The notes: a model not told the origin generated them from the sequence alone. A DNA stretch of 64,000 bases from Mobula birostris (GCF_030028105.1 NC_092379.1:28265821-28329820); one strand, 5' to 3'. Shown: positions 13,095 through 22,765, counted from the first letter of the stretch. Translations and numbers: made by a program.

Positions 13095-13600
13095 CATATT
13101 TCTTCTCTCTCACAGAAACAGGCTCGATGCCGGAGTGTACACCGCTGTGATGTTTCTCTGCTACCTCATGACCCCAAAATTATCTATAGTAGCATATCTG
13201 TTGTTGAGGGAGATTTCCACAGGGCTCTCTGCACTGTTTTTTTAAGTCCTTTGTCTTTCTTGTCACCCACTTTCCTGCCTCCTGTAACTCTGGGGCACCC
13301 ACCATCTTTATGCCCAATCTATCACGCCCTCAGCCTTTCGAAACCTCCAGCGTTCATCCAGTTCCAGCTTCCGCGCCATAAAACGGTGTATAAGAATCTG
13401 AAATTGCATGAATTTCATCCAGGAGTAGTCGTCAGTGATACTGGAGAACTCCGAGTTTTCTCTTCCAATATCCGGCAAGGAGTACATGCAAATATTACGG
13501 TCTCGATTATGATTCCGTCCAGACACGCCGAATGTTTACTTCTTCCCATAAATATTGCGTGGTCGCTGAGTTAGTACTGCATTTTTTGTGTATTCCGTTC
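13095..13600 (-). mobile_element. CR1 ORF1-like fragment
   Basis: Minus strand RKAEGVID...PVEISLNNRYATID resembles chondrichthyan CR1 ORF1; paralog about 48320-48800. Confidence 0.5.
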
Positions 13601-14984
13601 AAATTTTCTGCCTGGCATATTACAGCTCATGCTGAGCAAATATAAAGAATGAAAGAAAATAACAATAAACAAACTACGGGGAACAATGTCTGCTACATTT
13701 CGCATTCTCTTATTTACGCCTAATCTCGCTGAAACATCGAAGAAGCAAGTCCTCAAGTTGATTTTGCAACAGTGTCCACTCCACCGACTACCGTTCCGCT
13801 TTCCCCTATCTTTTTCGAATTTGTTCTTGTTGATCAGCCCATAACAGTTTTCAAGACACGAAAATGCCACGAATTGGTGGTTTATGCATTCGAATAGGCG
13901 AACTCTAGAGACCAACTGTCTTATCATCTTTGAGATCTCCAGTTGGCAGCAGTTTGAAACACCAAACCGCCGCGAGCAGATGCCTTATTTTCTCAATCGG
14001 CGACCCTGTCGGAACTATGTTCTCTCACGCTTTGTATCTCCGATAAGCTCTGGTTAAAAGATCAAACAGCCGCCAGTTGATGCCGTGTGTACTCAATAGG
14101 CAAACTTGAGAAAGCTCCGTCCCAACACGGTTCGGATCTCCGACTGCCGGCAATTCAAATACATATTTCATTAATTTCCATTTCCAACAGTTCACATACG
14201 CGATTGTTCATCGCACATCGTAGCCGAGATTTCACTTACATCATTTTCAATTTATTTATTTCTGTATTCATTTAATCAATCATTCATTAATTCATCTGTT
14301 GATTAAGTAACTGCATAATTAAATTATTTATTGTTTGTCTATTTGCTAAAATTTCAGTACAGTTGGTGGGTTAATATTCAAGATTATGAAAGACAAATCG
14401 GTAACTGTGGAGGTATAAGGAAATTAAAGCTCTACAGACTATTTTTGCTGAGATCACACCGAACCCCAGTGTAATCACAAAACCCTAGACAAATCCACGT
14501 TCAATACTAAAACAGTGCATTCATCTTCCTATTCGACTGTGGCACTCTGTATTCCCACTCTTCCCTCAACCATGAGGTTTTTCCAACGTCACCAGCATTA
14601 AATACATATTTCTTTTTTATTGTAGCTCTGCAGCAGTATCTCACATTCGATGTAATTTGTTGTAATTGCCTTGCGTATGCGCTGAGCTTCTCTTTGTTTT
14701 CTTCTGGCCTCTTTAACCCGAGGTCCCTTCAGGTAGAACAGAGAAAATAGTGCAGTACAGCATAACATTGAGCCTTCGGAATACGGTGCAGTGGAGACCG
14801 ATATAAATCAATTCATGATCCCTCTAACATTCCGCCACACCCTGCACTTAGCTTTGTCCTCCATTTGTCCTATATCGATATGGAAGCAATTCTCTCTAAT
14901 ATCAGTTTATCAGCCTCTACCTGCAGCAGTTGCTGCGGAGTCTGGAATTTTACAGGAGGCTTGCATTGGAATTCTCCAGGAATG

Positions 14985-15021
14985 ATAATAATAATAACAA
15001 TAATAATAATAATAATAATAA
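14985..15021. repeat. (AAT)n microsatellite
   Basis: Direct reading; longer compound version at 50212-50298. Confidence 0.9.
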
Positions 15022-15545
15022 CATATCAATAATAATACTATGTAACCATTGACGTCTCAGTAAAACTGTCTTCCACTCAACATACTGCAAACCACCTGTC
15101 TCTTGCGCTGTCTTTTGCGGCAGTGGATATCAACTTCATTTTTTCCAAAACAGACTTCCAGATTTTCCAAACCCCTGGACACAAACGACAAGATTGACAT
15201 CGAATGTGAATAGAAGGGGAAGAAGGGTTGCCTGTTTTAAGCCTTTGGTCTAGCACACTCAAATTAAAACTGCTTGGCGGCAGATTTCCTCTCATCTATA
15301 CTTTCTGTGGAAGAACAGCAGCCATGAGGGATTGGTGCATCCAAAGGCTGAATGTGCCATCACACTCTTCCTAGGCTGAGGGAGAGCTTGTCAGCCCATC
15401 CGGCGTACATGCCGTCAAGATCAGGGCATAGACTGATTTCCGTCACAAAATATAAGAACTGAAACATACTTGAAAACTCGGGGCACTGGTTGCAACATCA
15501 AGAAAGAACAAATAACCATCTCTCTCTCTCTCTCTCTCTCTCTCT

Positions 15546-15733
15546 GAAGAAAAGTGTCTGTTTCAAGGCAAATGATTCAGACTGATCAATTTATAGGCCA
15601 TCTCCGTCACACAGGTTGAACAATAGGAAGTCTTGGGCGGGGCTTCCTCACTCGGTTCAAAGACACGAAACAGAATCAAAACCAACAGCTGTCCCTCAAT
15701 AACCTGCTGTTAACAGTTTACTGTCCATCTTTG
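15546..15733 (+). promoter_or_regulatory. Candidate promoter of NAR-TCR V, cassette A
   Basis: 75-262 bp upstream of the ATG; identical to 50815-51002; contains GGAAG-GGGCGGGG-CTTCC, CAGCTG and a TTTATA motif. Confidence 0.6.
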
Positions 15734-15807
15734 CAGTACATTCTACCATAACTCTGCAGGCCGTGAGCTTCATCCCCTCGACACTTCAGCAATATTCCTT
15801 GTTGACG

Positions 15808-15850
15808 ATGGGAGTCTTCTTCGTTTTCACACTCTGGCTCTGCTTACGGC
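15808..15850 (+). CDS. NTCRV: Leader exon of NAR-TCR V, cassette A (MGVFFVFTLWLCLR+1 nt)
   Basis: ATG, hydrophobic peptide, phase-1 donor GTGAGT at 15851, in frame with acceptor TTCTTAG at 15986. Confidence 0.9.
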
Positions 15851-15986
15851 GTGAGTACCTTTCAGACATCCACATTATATTTACTTTAAATCTGTCTGAG
15901 ACCTCTGAGATTCAACCGGCTTAAATTATTCATGTGTTTCGCCTATGACTGCAATTCACATTTCTCCGCATTTTTTTTATTCTTAG

Positions 15987-16277
15987 GTTCACTTAGTCAG
16001 TCGGTGACTCAGAGCCCGACCATTGTAAACTTGCATGAGTGTCAGACTGCCACCATCACCTGCAGTTTCAAGCCTGGTTCTGGTGAATATCGCTTTCTCA
16101 CTGGAAAATTCTTCAGGCAGACCAACTCAGCGACCGAACGGACAGAAGTCACCCGCGGGGGGAGATTTCTTACTTTGATTAAGAAAACTAACATGCAGTT
16201 TTCTTTGGAAATTCGGGACCTGCGAGTGGAAGACAGCGGCACCTATTACTGTCAAGCTGTATACAGATGGCGTGAAC
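15987..16277 (+). CDS. NTCRV: IgNAR-like V exon (NAR-TCR V), cassette A
   Basis: SLSQSVTQSPT...HECQTATITC...LTGKFFRQ...GGRF...FSLEIRDLRVEDSGTYYCQAVYRWRE; only 62 aa between canonical Cys; VNAR-like DLRVEDSGTY; followed by RSS. Confidence 0.92.
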
Positions 16278-16315
16278 CACGATGATGGGCTTCGGCGACG
16301 CGCTGTACAAAAACT
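16278..16315 (+). other. V RSS (22-bp spacer)
   Basis: CACGATG + 22 nt + ACAAAAACT. Confidence 0.92.
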
Positions 16316-16637
16316 TTCGCTGTAGCTTATTCCTGATTCGGACGGAGCAGAATGGATCTGCGGGTAAGCTCATATTCCTGTCTCGCTGTGTATAGTCCTG
16401 CAGTCCAGCAAACTGTTAGTTGTTTTATTTTTTTCTGTAGAGTCTTTATGTTCCCACCTCGCGTGTGAGCAGATATTGTTGCCTACCTGAGTTATGTGTC
16501 AATAAATGTAGACAGATGTTAAAAAATACACATTCTTGTTGCCGACGGGAGGCAGAATCGTTCCTGAACACTTGGAACCAGTAAACGCCAGCGCTGCGAA
16601 ATTAATTCGTGCTCGACTCTGTCATTGACCCGCCAGC

Positions 16638-16708
16638 AGATTTCAAATTCACGTAAGGTACTGTGTACAGTTGGAACGAACACAGTGGAAGAGACCTGAA
16701 CAAAAATA
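16638..16708 (+). CDS. NTCRD: D segment (TACAGTTGGAACGAA, 16666-16680) with 12/12 RSSs, cassette A
   Basis: 5' AGATTTCAA-12-TACTGTG; 3' CACAGTG-12-ACAAAAATA; open in all three frames (YSWNE, TVGT, QLER). Confidence 0.88.
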
Positions 16709-17056
16709 GAAAATAATAAATATATAAATAACTCATTGTTTAAACGAGTTATTCTCCATATCGCATACAAAAATATACAAACCTGTCGTTGTTCACGTTC
16801 TAATCTGTTTAGATTATTTTTAATTTCCGTATTGCATATGTATTTTTGATTGACACATATGCTGTGTGTCTTTTTTCCTTCTCGGAATCGGTGTGCGGTG
16901 CGTGTTCCTATTTTATTTTAATTTGGTTTTGCTTTCTCACAAAGAACATATTGACCTGCCGGCAAATGGGGAATATTCTTGCTATGTGTTGCATTAACAA
17001 CCCTGGAAACATTGGGAATCCTATTTAGCGTTTCCTATGCAGATTCACATGAGTGT

Positions 17057-17153
17057 ATTTCTTGTATGGTGGAGACTGAGAACAGGATCATTGTGTTTGT
17101 ATGGACGACTCAAACTCTAGATGGAACAGGGACAAAGGTCACGGTCAGGCCCG
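17057..17153 (+). CDS. NTCRJ: J segment (17096-17153, FVWTTQTLDGTGTKVTVRP) with 23-RSS, cassette A
   Basis: ATTTCTTGT-23-CATTGTG; phase-1 donor GTAAGT at 17154. Confidence 0.9.
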
Positions 17154-18152
17154 GTAAGTATCCACAGACACCGACGATTCCTTAAATATCTCACCCATTT
17201 TCACTATGGTTTGATAGATGATCGATTGATTTAATTGATTGATTGGTTCTGTAAACTGAATCTACACTCACTGCGTCGAAAGGCAAGGTGGTAAACTGAA
17301 TTAACAGAGTGAGATGGAGAGGGGGATTTCTGCTATGAGTAAAGATGAAATGCTGGTGTAATCGTCGCAGAATAAATCCAACCGACTGATGTCAGACTGT
17401 GGGAAATACTGTTAGCAGCTTAAGGCATAAACCGCAAGCAGATAAGATATATATATAAGAAAATGTCACCGACATGCAAGAAATAATGAACCTTGTTTTC
17501 TCCAATTTATTTTCAAATAGTACAGTGAAATGCAGAACCAATTGATGAAAAATAAGAAAAGAGAAGGGAAGAAAACCTTTATATCGCCGCGTGCTAAACT
17601 CCAATTGAAAATAATATTCGCCTTCAGTTGCTTAGAAAATTATCTGACCAATCTGTCCCATTAAGTCTCATTACTGTGCAGAACATGTTACAATGCAAGA
17701 GGCTGTAACTTATCGGGGATATGTTATTTTAAAAAAAAGAAGCAATTCTGGATGGAGCCTCTATCAATTTGAAAAATAAAACAGGCAAATCCATCATTAT
17801 TCCGAATGAAACTGACGTTTAAAATAAACACCGCAGAAGTTATATATAAAAAAAAGGAGTTCGGCCCATTTTATGATTGTAGGCCCTCTGCAATTGTTAC
17901 ATGAAATTAGATCTTCCTTCCACATAGATGTCCAAAATATGAAACATGTTTTGATAATAGAAAGATATCCGCAATTTACCAGGAGTCCCTGATTTTATTT
18001 CACTGCAGCAATTCAGATAGTAATTGACAACGACAATAAATATTGTTTACTCACATTTCAAATGAAACAAAATCCCCTTAACGTATTTGGGACGTGTTAT
18101 TTTCTGACAGTTATCGGTAAATCAGCAATAATCTTCCTTTACATTCATACAG

Positions 18153-18455
18153 AATCAATTTCTCCACCGTCTCAGAGTCCGGAACTGCAAACTGCACTTG
18201 CCGACACTGCCATTTTAACCTGTGGATTTGACGTGAATTGTCGCAACACAATACACTGGTATCGCCAGCTTCCAGGGCAGGCACCCATATTCCTGCTCCA
18301 GGGACAAACTTTCGGAGCACAAGATAAGACAAAAAATGCCGGGGAACGAATTACTGGTTTTGTCGATCCTGGTAAGAAAATCAGCCAGCTGACGATCTCC
18401 AAAGTGCAACTGGGAGACGCTGCTGTGTATTACTGTGCAATGAGTCCGTTTGCAG
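18153..18455 (+). CDS. STCRDV: Leaderless supporting TCR-delta V exon, cassette A
   Basis: Acceptor CATACAG, phase 1 matching the J; ESISPP...TC GFDVNCRNTIH WYRQ...DAAVYYCAMSPFA; no leader exon found in the 999-nt intron. Confidence 0.9.
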
Positions 18456-18494
18456 CACTGTGATGCCGCGCATGGACAGCGCTGTTCAAGAACT
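18456..18494 (+). other. Supporting V RSS (23-bp spacer)
   Basis: CACTGTG + 23 nt + TCAAGAACT. Confidence 0.88.
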
Positions 18495-18579
18495 AGGGTG
18501 CCTCTCGTTACAAGCACACAGTGCTAGTAAGCAGCGAGGGAACAATACAAAAACTCATTTGGTTTTATCATATAAATAC

Positions 18580-18667
18580 ACCACAGCCGAGCACGGAGAC
18601 AACGGCAAGAAACCGCAGTGTGGTGGGATTTTAGTAGAATGATAACAGAAAAAATAAAAGTACCACA
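18580..18667 (+). promoter_or_regulatory. Candidate Myb/RUNX motif cluster 3' of the supporting V RSS
   Basis: ACCACA 18580, CAACGG 18600, AACCGCA 18611, TGTGGT 18619, ACCACA 18662; the last four are kept in copy B. Confidence 0.35.
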
Positions 18668-19329
18668 ATCAACACCCAAAATATGCTGGGAGAAATCATT
18701 ATGTCCTGATGGAAGTTCTTGGTTGGAAACATCATTTCCATATAAGCTGCCGGGTCTACCGATTACTCAAATTTCTACTTATCGAAGACACACAACTTTC
18801 AAGAATATGTTCCTGGAGCAGAGAGGCATGATTGCCTTAAGGAAATCCGCAGTGGAAAGGAAAGGGCAGTGACCGGTGAGGAGTTGTCCCCGTGTCCACC
18901 CTTGCCTGGTTAATAGTTCCACGCCAGAAAACCGGTCCTCATTGCTGTGGTCACAGTCGGTGACTTTTAAAGGATTTCGGTGGAAGACGAGATGATCGAC
19001 GGCGTCAGCTCACCCGAAAACTCAAATCTCTCTTTTTTTCTCTCTCTCTCTCCATCAGTAATCAAATGAATACCACAAACTGAACTGAACTTCACTCATC
19101 ATCGTAAGACTGTATTCATTTACCCCTAAACATGAAGAAGCTTTATTTCCATATATTTCTACACTTAATGATATACTTACTTATATATAATCATTACTAA
19201 AATGTTTGGTTTATCTACATTTATATTACTGTATTGCATAGTTACTAATAAATATTATTAGGTAATAGCAATAATGGACTCCAAAGCGTTTTCCATCTCT
19301 GCTGGTTCTTTATTCCCGTCACGGGGTAC

Positions 19330-22300
19330 GTGACACTGGGAAACCCATTCTGTAAAAGGGCTGGATGGTTTGGAGTTTGTAAAATGTGCGCAAGATAGTT
19401 TTTTACAACAATACCTAGAGGACAAACTAGAGAAGGGGCAATGTTGGATCTCTTGTTGGGGAATGAGATAGGTCACGTGACGGAGGTATGTATTGGGGAG
19501 CACTTCGTGTCCAGTGAACAAAATGTCACTAGTTTCAATATCATTACGGAGAAGGATAGGACTGGACCCAGGGCTGAGATTTTGATTGGAGAAAGGCTAA
19601 CTTTGCAGAGATGCGAAATGATTTAGAAAGAGTGGATTGGGACAGTTTGTTTAATGGGAAGGATGTAATAAAGAAATGGAGGTCATTTAAAGTTGAAATG
19701 TTGAGGGTACAGAATCTTTATGTTGCTGTTAGGTGAAAGGAAAGGTTAACAGTTTTAGAGACCCGTGGTTTTCAAAGGATATTGGAAACTTGGTTCGGAA
19801 ATATAAAAACAGAGAGATCCACAATAAATATTGGCAGCTTGGAGTAAATGAGCTGCTTGAGGAATATAAAGAATGTAAAAAGAATCTTAAGGAACAAATT
19901 AGAAAAGCTGGAATAAGATATGAGGTTGCTTTGGTAAGTAATGTGAAAATAAATCCAAAGGGCTTCTACAGCTATATTAATAGCAAAAGGATAGTGAGGG
20001 ATAAAATTGGACCTTTAGAGATTCAGAGTGGACGGCTATGTGTGGAGTCAAAAGAGCTGGGGGCGATTTTCAACCATTTATTTTCTTCAGTGTTCACTAA
20101 GGAGAAGGATATTCAATTGTACAAAGTACTGGAAACAAGGAGGGTGGTTATGAAATCTATGACGATTAAAGACGAGGAAGCACTGGCGCTTTTAAGGTAT
20201 ATAAAAGTGGATAAGTGTCCGGATGCTGACTGGATATTCCCTAGGACCTTGAGGGAAGTTAGGGTGGAAACAGCAGGGGCTCTGACAGAAATATTTGAAA
20301 TGTCATTAGAAACGGGGATGGTGCCGGAGGATTGGCGTATTGTCATGTTGTTCCCTTTGTTTAAAAACGGTTCTAAGTGTAAACCTAGCAATTATCGGCC
20401 TGTGAGTTTGACGTCAGTGGTGGGTAAATTGATGGAAAGTATTCTTAGAGATGATATATATAATTATCTGGATAGACAAGGTCTGATTAGGTACAGTCAA
20501 CATGGATTTGTGCGTGAAAGTGTCATGGTCATGTCCGTGAAGTCCGTATTCCGGTTCACGGACTGGTCCAACGACTCTTGCTCCAGGTTTTTCTGTCTAC
20601 CCTGTTTCTGTTCTTGTTGAGCTAATTGAGTCAGCTGATGTTCGTTGGGGCTGGCTGCATACATACCTTCAGACAAGGGCGTGGATGCTGTATTCTTCTC
20701 GTTCTTACTCCTTGTATCCCTTCCTCTGCCTTTTGTTTCTTTGCTTGAAGCCATGCCTTTTCTTACCGGTAACTCTCGCAACGCCTGAAGTTTTCGTCTC
20801 GCCTTGCATTGCCTGTGGCCGTGCCTTGTCTTTCTGGTAACACTCGCCTCGTCTCGCCTGCAGTCTTGCCCTGGAACCACCCTGTACCTAGTCCCTTCCT
20901 GTTTCTTGCCTCCGTAGGGTAAGCCAGTCCGTCACACTGTTACCTGCGGTTGGTTCTGTCCCTTCCTGTCCCTTGCCTCCGTCGGGTAAGCCAGGCCGTC
21001 ACGCTGTTACCTGCGGATGGTTCTGTCCCTACTGTCCCTTGCCTCCGTCGGGTAAGCCAGGCCGTCTCGCCGTTACCTGCGGTTGGTTCTGTCCCTTCCT
21101 GTCCCATGCCTTCGTCGGGTTGTGAACCGCGCCCAGCCCAGGAGTACCGCGCCCTGACCAGCAGTACCGCGCCCTGACCAAGAGTATCGCGCCCTACCCA
21201 GGTGAACGGCGCCCTGCTCCGGAGGAGCCTAACTAGCTTCAAGCATGAAGACTCCAGTCTCCTGCTTAGCCTCAAGCCTGAAGACTGCAGCCTACTGCCT
21301 AGCCTCAAACCTGAAGAATGCATCCGCCTGCCTAGCCTCAAGCCTGAAGACTCCAGCCTCCAGCCTCGCCTCAAGTCTCCTACCTTCAGCCTTGCCTCAC
21401 CTCAAAACTCACGCCTGCAGCCTGCAGCCTCGCCTCAAGTCTCCTGCCTCCAGCTTCGTCTCGCCCCAAGTCTCCTGCCTCCTGCCAAGCCTCGCCTCAA
21501 GTCTCCTGCCTCCTGCTAAGCCTCGCTTCATGTCTCCTACCTCCCCCACGCCTCGCTTCAAGTCTCTTTCCTCCTGCCAAACCTCGCCTAAAGTCTCTCG
21601 CCTCCAGCCAAGCCTCCCCTCAAGTTTCTAAGACTCCAGCCTCGCCCTGCCTGCCAGTCAAGCCTCGTCCCGGCCTCGTTCTGGGGTCCGAGCCAGAGAC
21701 AAGACCCAGGTACTGGGTCCTTGTCCAGTCTCTGGCTCGGAAGTCCAAGCCCGGGCTCCTAGCTCTTTTGTCCAGTGCTGTTCCGGGTTCTCGGTTTTCC
21801 TATCTATGTTCTTGCCATCGCCCTGTATCCTAGTCCTGTACCTAGTACTTCAGTGTCTGTGTCTTGCACTTCGGTCCGTTCCCAGCCACCGCTTCATGAC
21901 AGGAAGGGCATGTTTGGCAAATCTTATTGAATTTTTTGAACAGGTTACTAGGAAAGTTGATGAGGGTAGAGCGGTGCATTTTATCTATATGGACTTCAGC
22001 AGGAACTTTGACAAGGTTCCACACGGAAGGTTATTTAGGAAAGTTCAATCGTTCGGTATTAATATTGAATTAGCAAAATGGATTCAGCAGTCGCTCGATG
22101 GGAGACTCCAGATATTAGTGGTGGATAACTGTTTGTCACATTGGAGGCCGCTGTCTAGTGGTGTCCCTCCCTCAGTGATCTGTACTGTGTTCAGTGTTGT
22201 TTGCTATATATATATATTCATGATCTTGGAGTATTCTGTACAGATTTGGTCACCGAATTATAGGAAAGATGTCAACAAAATTGATAGAGTAGAGGGAAGA

Positions 22301-22765
22301 TTTACCAGAATGTTACGTGGCTTTCATCTCCTAAGTTAGAGAGCAAGGTTGAACAAGTTGGGTCTTAACTCTTTGGAGCATAGAACGTTAAGGGAGGACT
22401 TGATAGAGGTATTTAAAATCATGCGTGGGTAAGATAGAGTTGACGTGTATATTTTTTTTTCGATTGAGTGTGGGGGAGATTCAAACAAGAGGATATGAGT
22501 TGAGAGTTAAAGGGCAAAATATTAAGAGTAACATGAGTGGTAACGTCTTTACTCAGAGACTGGAAAGAGCTTCCAGCAGAAGTGGTTGGGGCAGATTCGA
22601 TGTTGTCATTTAAAGTTAAATTGGATAGCGATATGGATAGGAAATGACTGGAGGGTGATGGGGTGAGTGCAGGTCGGTGGGACTAGGTGAAAGTAGGAGT
22701 TCGGTACGGACTAGAAGATCCCAGATTGCCTGTTTCTTAGCTGTAATTGTTACATGGTTATATGG
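19330..22765 (+). mobile_element. CR1 LINE ORF2 and 3' UTR, split by an LTR-like insertion
   Basis: ORF 19733-20620 NPKGFYSYINSKR...VPEDWR...NYRPVSLTSVVGKLMES...SQHGFVR resumes at 21902 as GRACLANLIEFFEQVT...YMDFSRNFDKVPHGRL. Confidence 0.92.
20521..21901 (+). mobile_element. LTR-like insertion (solo LTR or non-autonomous derivative) with internal tandem arrays
   Basis: Termini TGTCATG...CATGACA (7-bp inverted repeat); 5-bp TSD GAAAG/GGAAG; splits the CR1 ORF. Confidence 0.75.

Larger units (their letters stand above)
9200..13095 (+). mobile_element. Rex1/Babar-group LINE ORF2, split by a nested Penelope, with (ATTCA)n tail
   Basis: WINSSVRAAL...GPGGIPGRVL...LQFSCQHNRTVDD | YTVLTLLEK..YVLMLFLDY...KRLFHLRRLKKF; tail near 13075-13095. 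Confidence 0.8.
1..18845 (+). repeat. Segmental duplication, copy A (5' end outside window)
   Basis: Colinear with 36690-54135, same TE order and same cassette; hand-checked 60-bp windows about 80-92% identical. Confidence 0.95.

Noticed and set aside
13485-13495. Ig octamer ATGCAAAT
   Set aside because: 2.3 kb from the ATG, inside a CR1 remnant, and not conserved in copy B (ATGCAAGT)
15808-16000. Leader A ending CLRR might be defective
   Set aside because: S-L-S before Q still fits the -3/-1 cleavage rule, as does S-M-S in B
16363-16410. Possible second D (CGCTGTG heptamer-like at 16384)
   Set aside because: Nonamer position GGTAAGCTC is poor and no 3' CAC heptamer follows in either copy
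18062-18152. Upstream in-frame extension (MKQNPL...; also MFTHIS... at 53313) as a leader for the supporting V
   Set aside because: It is read-through of the intron's AT-rich end and polypyrimidine tract, and the starts are not conserved between copies
20940-21631. Repetitive ORFs (KPED/SPQVS-rich) suggesting a repeat protein, or a CRISPR-like array
   Set aside because: Products of minisatellites in an LTR-like insert; no unique spacers; eukaryotic context
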